DNA of 64,000 nt, taken from the NCBI GenBank assembly GCA_036677065.1, contig JAKFBS010000011.1, forward strand, positions 128,001 to 192,000, in the 5' to 3' direction. The notes under the pieces are model-generated. The model was not told where the DNA came from, made no database searches, and saw only the letters and a list, made by a program, of their open reading frames with translations. The translations under genes and the position numbers were made by a program. Origin of the DNA: Bdellovibrio sp. GTDB taxonomy: Bacteria; Bdellovibrionota; Bdellovibrionia; Bdellovibrionales; Bdellovibrionaceae. Each line of letters begins with the position of its first letter. The stretch's first letter is position 1. Below are positions 58,381 through 64,000 of the stretch, in pieces.

Positions 58381-59345
58381 AAACAATAGTCACTGGCGCT
58401 AATGGTTTTTTAGGTTCTTGGTTGTGCAAGCGTCTGTTAGATGAAGGACATGAAGTTACAGCCCTGGTTCGTAAAACCAGCGACTTAAGCGAAATTGAAC
58501 ATTTAAAATTAAATTATGAATACGGCGATGTGACCAACAAAACATCTCTACAAACCGCTTTTAAAAATAAAGACTATGTTTTTCATTTAGCTGGATTAAT
58601 CGCTTATAAAAAAGCTGATCGCCCAATGATGGACAAAGTAAATATCGGCGGAACACAAAACGTAGTCGATGTTTTAACTGAACAAAAGCAAGCTAAACTT
58701 TTAAATCTATCTTCAGTGGTTGCTGTAGGCGCTAGTTTTACTCCCAAAGAATTAACTGAAGAATCTCCGTACACGATCCACAAATTAAACTTAGGTTATT
58801 TTGAAACCAAGCACACCGCTGAAAAAATTGTATGTGCGGCTGCTAAAGAAAATAAAATACATGCGATCAATGTTAATCCAAGTACGATCTACGGTTTTGG
58901 CGATGCTAAAAAAGGCAGCCGCAAAACCCAAGTTAAAGTCGCGCGCGGAAAGTTTCCGTTCTATACCGGCGGTGGCGTTAATGTGGTCGCAGCCGAAGAC
59001 GTTACTGATGGCATTATGAAAGCGATCGCAAAAGGCCGCAGTGGCGAACGTTATTTATTAACTTCAGAGAACATGACGATCAAAGAATTATTCACAAAAA
59101 TTGCTGGTTTTGCCGGAGTCAAACCGCCTAAGATTTTAATGCCGTTTCCGGTGTTAAAACTAATCGGCCAAATCGGCGATTTAACGGGTTCTGGTTTGTC
59201 TGTAGAAAATGCTTATACCGCATCGATGTATCACTGGTTTAACTGCGATAAGGCAAAAAAAGAACTTGGCTTTAGTCCGAGACCCTCTGATATTGCCATC
59301 GAAAACAGTGTACGCTGGATGAAAGATCACGGTTATTTGGACTAA
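58377..59345 (+). CDS. NAD-dependent epimerase/dehydratase (extended SDR, HpnA/DFR-like)
   Basis: TGANGFLG, VFHLAG, SS, YFETK (YxxxK) and KAKKELGF. Confidence 0.88.
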   Translation: MKTIVTGANGFLGSWLCKRLLDEGHEVTALVRKTSDLSEIEHLKLNYEYGDVTNKTSLQTAFKNKDYVFHLAGLIAYKKADRPMMDKVNIGGTQNVVDVLTEQKQAKLLNLSSVVAVGASFTPKELTEESPYTIHKLNLGYFETKHTAEKIVCAAAKENKIHAINVNPSTIYGFGDAKKGSRKTQVKVARGKFPFYTGGGVNVVAAEDVTDGIMKAIAKGRSGERYLLTSENMTIKELFTKIAGFAGVKPPKILMPFPVLKLIGQIGDLTGSGLSVENAYTASMYHWFNCDKAKKELGFSPRPSDIAIENSVRWMKDHGYLD

Positions 59346-59372
59346 GTCCAATTACTGTAATAATAGAGACTA

Positions 59373-60233
59373 ATGAAAATATTTTTTCTTATCATACTTT
59401 TATCAGTGGCCTCAGCTGCGGGATTTGTCTTCTGGCAAATTCCTTCGCAAGAGACGATCAAAGGGTGTTTCAAAACATCGATGTATGGTATTGATCTGTG
59501 CCCAACAGAAAAAAGCTACGTAAAACTTAAAAATATTTCTTCTAAATTACAGCGCGCCATTTTACTCACTGAAGATTCTGCCTTTTACACACATAAAGGT
59601 TTTGATGAAGAAGGTTTAACCCGTTGTTATGAAAAATTAAAAGAAACCGGTAAAATCACTTGTGGCGGATCAACGATCACCCAACAGCTGGCGAAAAACT
59701 TATTTCTTTACAAAGATAAGACATTTATTCGTAAAGGCTTAGAAGCTTTAATCACAATCAAGCTAGAAAAAACTCTGACTAAAAAAGAAATCTTAGAGCG
59801 CTATTTAAATGTGGTGCAATTTGGCAAAAATATTTACGGTGTAAAACAAGCGGCACTGTTTTATTTTAAAAAACACCCCTCAGAATTAGATGTCGTTGAA
59901 TCTGCCTTTTTAGCTATGGTTTTACCAAATCCAGAAAAATATTCACAAAGTTATTATCGTAAAGATCTAACTCGTTTTGCCAGAAAAAGATTATCAGGCA
60001 TTATTAAAGATATGCACCGCTATAAATCGTTAAATGACGATGACTATTTCTTAGCAATGGGAAAACTTGAGTATTTTCTAACTGCAGGACAAGCCACTAT
60101 TAACACGGCCCCTGAAGAATTATCATCTGATGATTTAAATGAAATGTTAGATGGCGTTGAAGAAACGACCATTCCGGATGCGACAGCAACGGCTGAGCCG
60201 CCTACCGAAACTGCCGAACCTGCTAATAATTAA
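59373..60233 (+). CDS. mtgA: Monofunctional peptidoglycan glycosyltransferase (GT51)
   Basis: EDSAFYTHKG, GGSTITQQLAKNL, RKGLE and KKEILERYLN; no transpeptidase domain. Confidence 0.85.
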   Translation: MKIFFLIILLSVASAAGFVFWQIPSQETIKGCFKTSMYGIDLCPTEKSYVKLKNISSKLQRAILLTEDSAFYTHKGFDEEGLTRCYEKLKETGKITCGGSTITQQLAKNLFLYKDKTFIRKGLEALITIKLEKTLTKKEILERYLNVVQFGKNIYGVKQAALFYFKKHPSELDVVESAFLAMVLPNPEKYSQSYYRKDLTRFARKRLSGIIKDMHRYKSLNDDDYFLAMGKLEYFLTAGQATINTAPEELSSDDLNEMLDGVEETTIPDATATAEPPTETAEPANN

Positions 60234-60970
60234 TTAACTAATTTTTTTCTGAATAGGCGTAGGCCGATAAAACTAAAGATCACTAAATACGCAACAAGTA
60301 CCGCAACGTGACCCAGATCGATCCAACCGATTTCTTTATACAATACTGTACGCACTAAACGGACCGCATGTGCCAACGGAAAAATATAAGCCGCAGTTTT
60401 TAAATAGTATGGAATTTCATCTAATGAAAAATACGTTCCACTGATCATCGAAAGCGGCACGATCACACCAGATGTAGAAAAAACAAAACTATCGTAGTTT
60501 TTAGCAATCGAAATCATAATCATACCAAATGATGCAAACACTAAACTCAATAAAAACAGAATCGGCGCAACTACGAAAAAATTTGGATTAAATAAGCCAA
60601 ATAACGAAGAAATTAGAAACACCCCTAAGACACCTAAAAATCCCTTAGTGGCAGCCCATAACATTTCACCATAAAATATGTGTTGTGTAGAAACCGGAGT
60701 TAACAACATAGCCGCATAAGTTTTTTGATGAGTCATTTTCGTATAATTAGGATAAGTCGATTCAAAGTACGCCACCATCATCGCCGTCGTACACAATAAG
60801 CCCGCAAAATAGAACTGCAAAAACGACATGCCTTCAATTGAAGAAATGTAATGACCAAAGCCAAAACCAAAAGCGCCTAAAAACATTAGTGGCTCTAGTG
60901 TCGTCCAAAAAAGAGAGACGACAAAAGTTTTACGAAAAAATAAAAAATTACGAAGCCAAACATTATACAT
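60230..60970 (-). CDS. ABC-2 transporter permease (NodJ-like)
   Basis: EPLMFL..FGFG, multiple TMs, SGTYF and PLAHAV. Confidence 0.85.
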   Translation of the reverse strand: MYNVWLRNFLFFRKTFVVSLFWTTLEPLMFLGAFGFGFGHYISSIEGMSFLQFYFAGLLCTTAMMVAYFESTYPNYTKMTHQKTYAAMLLTPVSTQHIFYGEMLWAATKGFLGVLGVFLISSLFGLFNPNFFVVAPILFLLSLVFASFGMIMISIAKNYDSFVFSTSGVIVPLSMISGTYFSLDEIPYYLKTAAYIFPLAHAVRLVRTVLYKEIGWIDLGHVAVLVAYLVIFSFIGLRLFRKKLVN

Positions 60971-60972
60971 GT

Positions 60973-61893
60973 TTAGCTCTTTTCACGGATTTGATATCCG
61001 GCCAATTTTAAAAACACATCATTCAAATTCGCAGAGCGCACGTAATAATGCGTGTTTTGAATATGACTGATAAAACTTTGTTTTGATTCAGCAGTTTCAA
61101 AAAATATAAAGATGTTGTCTTCATACTCTTGAAATTTAAGCCCTGCTTGTTCAACTTTACTTAACCAATAGCCTTTTTCATCGCCGACATGAAGTTCGAT
61201 CACTTCAGTGCCTATGTGCTTTAAGATAAGTTCTTTAGCTGTGCCCTGATCTAAAATAACCCCATGATCGATCATAATAATACGATCACAAAGGCGTTCA
61301 GCTTCTTCCATATAATGCGTCGTTAACACCAGCGTTGTGTTATTCGCCTTTAAACGTTCAAAGTAATTCCAAATCCATAAACGCGCCTGCGGATCAAGGC
61401 CCGTCGTTGGCTCATCCATCAGAATGAATTGCGGTTTATGAATCAGGGCGCGCGCAATCGCTAAACGGCGCTTCATTCCGCCACTCAAGGCTTCGACTTG
61501 CTTGTGCTTAAATTCAGATAATTTCATCTCGGCTAACAAATGCTCTGCCTGAGCATGCGCAAGATCGCTATCCATATTGTGATAACGGGCAAATAATAAT
61601 AAATTTTCAAGCGCACTGAAATCTGTGTCTAAACAATCTTCTTGTGGCACAACGCCGATGCGCGAACGAATTTGGGTGATGTCATTTTTAGTATTTAAAC
61701 CAAGAACTAATAATTCACCTGCAGTTGGAATCACTTGGCCATAGATCATTTTAATCGTCGTGGTTTTACCGGCGCCGTTAGGTCCAAGGATGCCAACACA
61801 TTCGCCAGGTTTAATATCAAAAGAGATTCCATTAACTACTGGAATACCATCGTAATTTTTTTTAAGCCCAATGGCGTTCAATGCTAATGACAT
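60973..61893 (-). CDS. ABC transporter ATP-binding protein (NodI-like)
   Basis: GPNGAGKTT, LSGGMKRR, DEPTTGLDPQAR and TTHYMEEAE. Confidence 0.9.
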   Translation of the reverse strand: MSLALNAIGLKKNYDGIPVVNGISFDIKPGECVGILGPNGAGKTTTIKMIYGQVIPTAGELLVLGLNTKNDITQIRSRIGVVPQEDCLDTDFSALENLLLFARYHNMDSDLAHAQAEHLLAEMKLSEFKHKQVEALSGGMKRRLAIARALIHKPQFILMDEPTTGLDPQARLWIWNYFERLKANNTTLVLTTHYMEEAERLCDRIIMIDHGVILDQGTAKELILKHIGTEVIELHVGDEKGYWLSKVEQAGLKFQEYEDNIFIFFETAESKQSFISHIQNTHYYVRSANLNDVFLKLAGYQIREKS

Positions 61894-61925
61894 ACAAAAA
61901 GTCTAACAGGACAAATCAAAAGCAC

Positions 61926-61962
61926 AAATAAAAAACCCGGTTATTACACCGGGTTTTTATTT
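61926..61962 (-). terminator. Intrinsic terminator after typA
   Basis: AAATAAAAAACCCGGT-TATTAC-ACCGGGTTTTTATTT. Confidence 0.85.
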
Positions 61963-61987
61963 AACTGCGATTATAAATCGACACTAA

Positions 61988-63811
61988 TTAGTCTTTGTTA
62001 GATTTTGCTTGTTTAGGGCGTTTGTGTGGATCTAATTCTTTTAAACGTAAACGAATCGATTTTGGAGTTACTTCGATAAGTTCTGTTTCTTTGATCCATT
62101 CCATACCAAATTCTAAAGTCATTGGTTTAACTGGAGTAACACGAATTGCTTCGTCTGAACCAGAGGCACGAACGTTCGACATTCTTTTTGCTTCTTGAAT
62201 GTTAACGATCATATCGTTGTCTTTAGCATTTTCGCCCACGATCATACCTTCATAAACAAGGTCGCCGTCATTCACGAACATTCTGCCACGCTCTTGCTTA
62301 TTCCAGATCGAGTAAGCATTTGCTTCACCTTGACGATCTGAAACCATCGCACCATTGATACGAGAGTTGATGTCACCACGGTACTCATCGTAACCGTCGA
62401 AGTTTGTATTTAATAAACCAGTACCACGAGTATCAGTTAAGAACTCAGAACGGTAACCGATTAAACCACGTGAAGGAATACGGAATTCTAAACGAGTACG
62501 GCCTGTACCTTTTTGAACCATGTTCGTCATAACACCTTTACGCATACCTAACTTCTCAGTTACGGCACCTACGTACGGATCTTCGATATCAATAACTGCG
62601 TGTTCAAATGGCTCTAACTTTTTGCCGTCGACAACTTTAAAAACTACTTGTGGCTTAGACACTAATAATTCGAAACCTTCACGACGCATTTGTTCAATCA
62701 AAACACCAAGCTGTAATTCGCCACGGCCAATAACTTTAAATGCATCAGTTGCATTTGTTTTTTCTACGCGGATTGAAACGTTATAAAGTAATTCTTTTTC
62801 AAGACGTTCTAAAATTTTACGAGACGTTACTTGTTTACCTTCTTGACCCGCAAACGGACCATTATTAACCGAGAAGATCATACCAACCGTTGGCTCATCA
62901 ACTTTGATACGTGGAAGTGGACGTGGATCTGTAGCTGAAGTAATAGTATCACCGATCGTGAAATCTTCGATACCCGCGATAATCGCCATGTCGCCCGCGC
63001 CAATTTCTTGAACCGGAACCTGAGAATTTACTACATATTGGAAAAGCGCAGATACTTTTACTTTTTTCTGAGCATTTTCTTGAATACACATAATTTCGTC
63101 GCCAACTTTAACAGTACCTGCACGCATACGGCCCATCGCTAAACGACCAACGTAATCATTGTAACCAATGTTAGAAACCATTAATTGCAATGGCTCATTT
63201 TCTTTAATTGTCGGAGGAGGTACTAAATTAACGATTGCATCATAAAGTACTTTTAAGTTTCCAGTGTTAACAGCTGGATCAAGTGTTGCCATACCATCAC
63301 GCGCGATTGCGTAGATTGTCGGGAAATCACATTGTTCTTCGTTAGCTTCAACGTCGATAAATAGATCGAATAATTCGTTGTGCACTTCTTGGATACGAGC
63401 ATCTGAACGATCGATTTTATTGATAACAACGATAATTTTAATGTTTTGTTCTAAAGCTTTTTTCAATACGAAGCGAGTTTGCGGAAGTGGACCTTCTGAA
63501 GCATCGCAAAGTAAGATCGCGCCATCAACCATGTTAAGTACGCGTTCAACTTCTCCGCCGAAGTCACTATGTCCCGGTGTATCGACGATATTAATTTTAT
63601 AATCTTCGTAAACGAAAGAAGCATTCTTCGCCGCGATCGTGATTCCGCGTTCTTTTTCAAGATCCATCGAATCCATCAAACGTTCTTCAACAGCTTGGTT
63701 TTCACGGAACGTTCCGGCTTGTTTGATTAAGTGATCTACTAGAGTTGTCTTCCCGTGATCGACGTGCGCAATGATAGCGATATTTCTAATTTTCTTTGGA
63801 TCTTGAATCAT
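61988..63811 (-). CDS. typA: Translational GTPase TypA/BipA
   Basis: RNIAIIAHVDHGKTT, DTPGHSDFGGEVER, GRGELQL and EVTPKSIRLR. Confidence 0.97.
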   Translation of the reverse strand: MIQDPKKIRNIAIIAHVDHGKTTLVDHLIKQAGTFRENQAVEERLMDSMDLEKERGITIAAKNASFVYEDYKINIVDTPGHSDFGGEVERVLNMVDGAILLCDASEGPLPQTRFVLKKALEQNIKIIVVINKIDRSDARIQEVHNELFDLFIDVEANEEQCDFPTIYAIARDGMATLDPAVNTGNLKVLYDAIVNLVPPPTIKENEPLQLMVSNIGYNDYVGRLAMGRMRAGTVKVGDEIMCIQENAQKKVKVSALFQYVVNSQVPVQEIGAGDMAIIAGIEDFTIGDTITSATDPRPLPRIKVDEPTVGMIFSVNNGPFAGQEGKQVTSRKILERLEKELLYNVSIRVEKTNATDAFKVIGRGELQLGVLIEQMRREGFELLVSKPQVVFKVVDGKKLEPFEHAVIDIEDPYVGAVTEKLGMRKGVMTNMVQKGTGRTRLEFRIPSRGLIGYRSEFLTDTRGTGLLNTNFDGYDEYRGDINSRINGAMVSDRQGEANAYSIWNKQERGRMFVNDGDLVYEGMIVGENAKDNDMIVNIQEAKRMSNVRASGSDEAIRVTPVKPMTLEFGMEWIKETELIEVTPKSIRLRLKELDPHKRPKQAKSNKD

Positions 63812-64000
63812 GTTTTTCTCTTTCGTTGTTATAAAATAAAATTAAAATCGAGCTCTATGCTTAACTCTTTATTAACCATGACCACCCATAAGGAAAGCCT
63901 CATGAGATGTGTCTTCTTGCTCGAAGTCTGAAATTGACTGAAAAAAGCCTAATGCGCAAGTCAGAACTTCGTCATTGCTCTTCAACTGGAAAATGTCTTT

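Noticed and set aside
788..63660. Many short ORFs (60-135 aa) antisense or out-of-frame within recognised genes
   Set aside because: Shadow ORFs with no motifs, fully nested in well-supported CDSs
63812..64000. typA upstream region with a 20-codon minus-strand mini-ORF (MRLSLWVV...) and possible leader structure
   Set aside because: No RBS, recognisable riboswitch motif or convincing stem; truncated by the window edge
1..64000. tRNA, rRNA, CRISPR arrays, prophage, integrase or known anti-phage defence genes
   Set aside because: No such signatures found by eye; intergenic spaces are short and mostly accounted for

Overview
AT-rich, very gene-dense bacterial chromosome segment. Gene content and the many lineage-type secreted/lipoprotein hypotheticals suggest a predatory Bdellovibrionota (Bdellovibrio/Pseudobdellovibrio-like) genome; this is inference, not a database result. 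Recognisable core content: a FIST sensor plus histidine kinase, a split leucine-catabolism (liu-type) cluster, RNase P RNA (minus strand), a probable 6S RNA, a SpeD-SpeE fusion, sodB, glpD, pepP, xseA-xseB-ispA-tlyA, an Rrf2-sufBCDS-nfu Fe-S operon with two IscR-like operators, tolQRAB, two cyclophilins, mtgA, a NodIJ-like ABC exporter and typA. I saw no tRNA, rRNA, CRISPR array or intact mobile element; there is one degenerate HUH/Y1 (RAYT-like) gene. The strongest novel-system candidate is a tandemly duplicated two-gene module at 33351-38596: a ~700-aa lipoprotein gluzincin metalloprotease plus a small exported partner whose start codon is embedded in the protease's conserved C-terminal codons. 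Other notable signals: an RNase P RNA apparently lacking P13/P14, repeated leaderless-promoter geometry, sigma54 promoters, a shared TYTCA-N3-TGAGA palindrome upstream of secreted-protein genes, and several pseudo-enzymes. All calls come from reading the sequence and motifs by eye; no searches were run.
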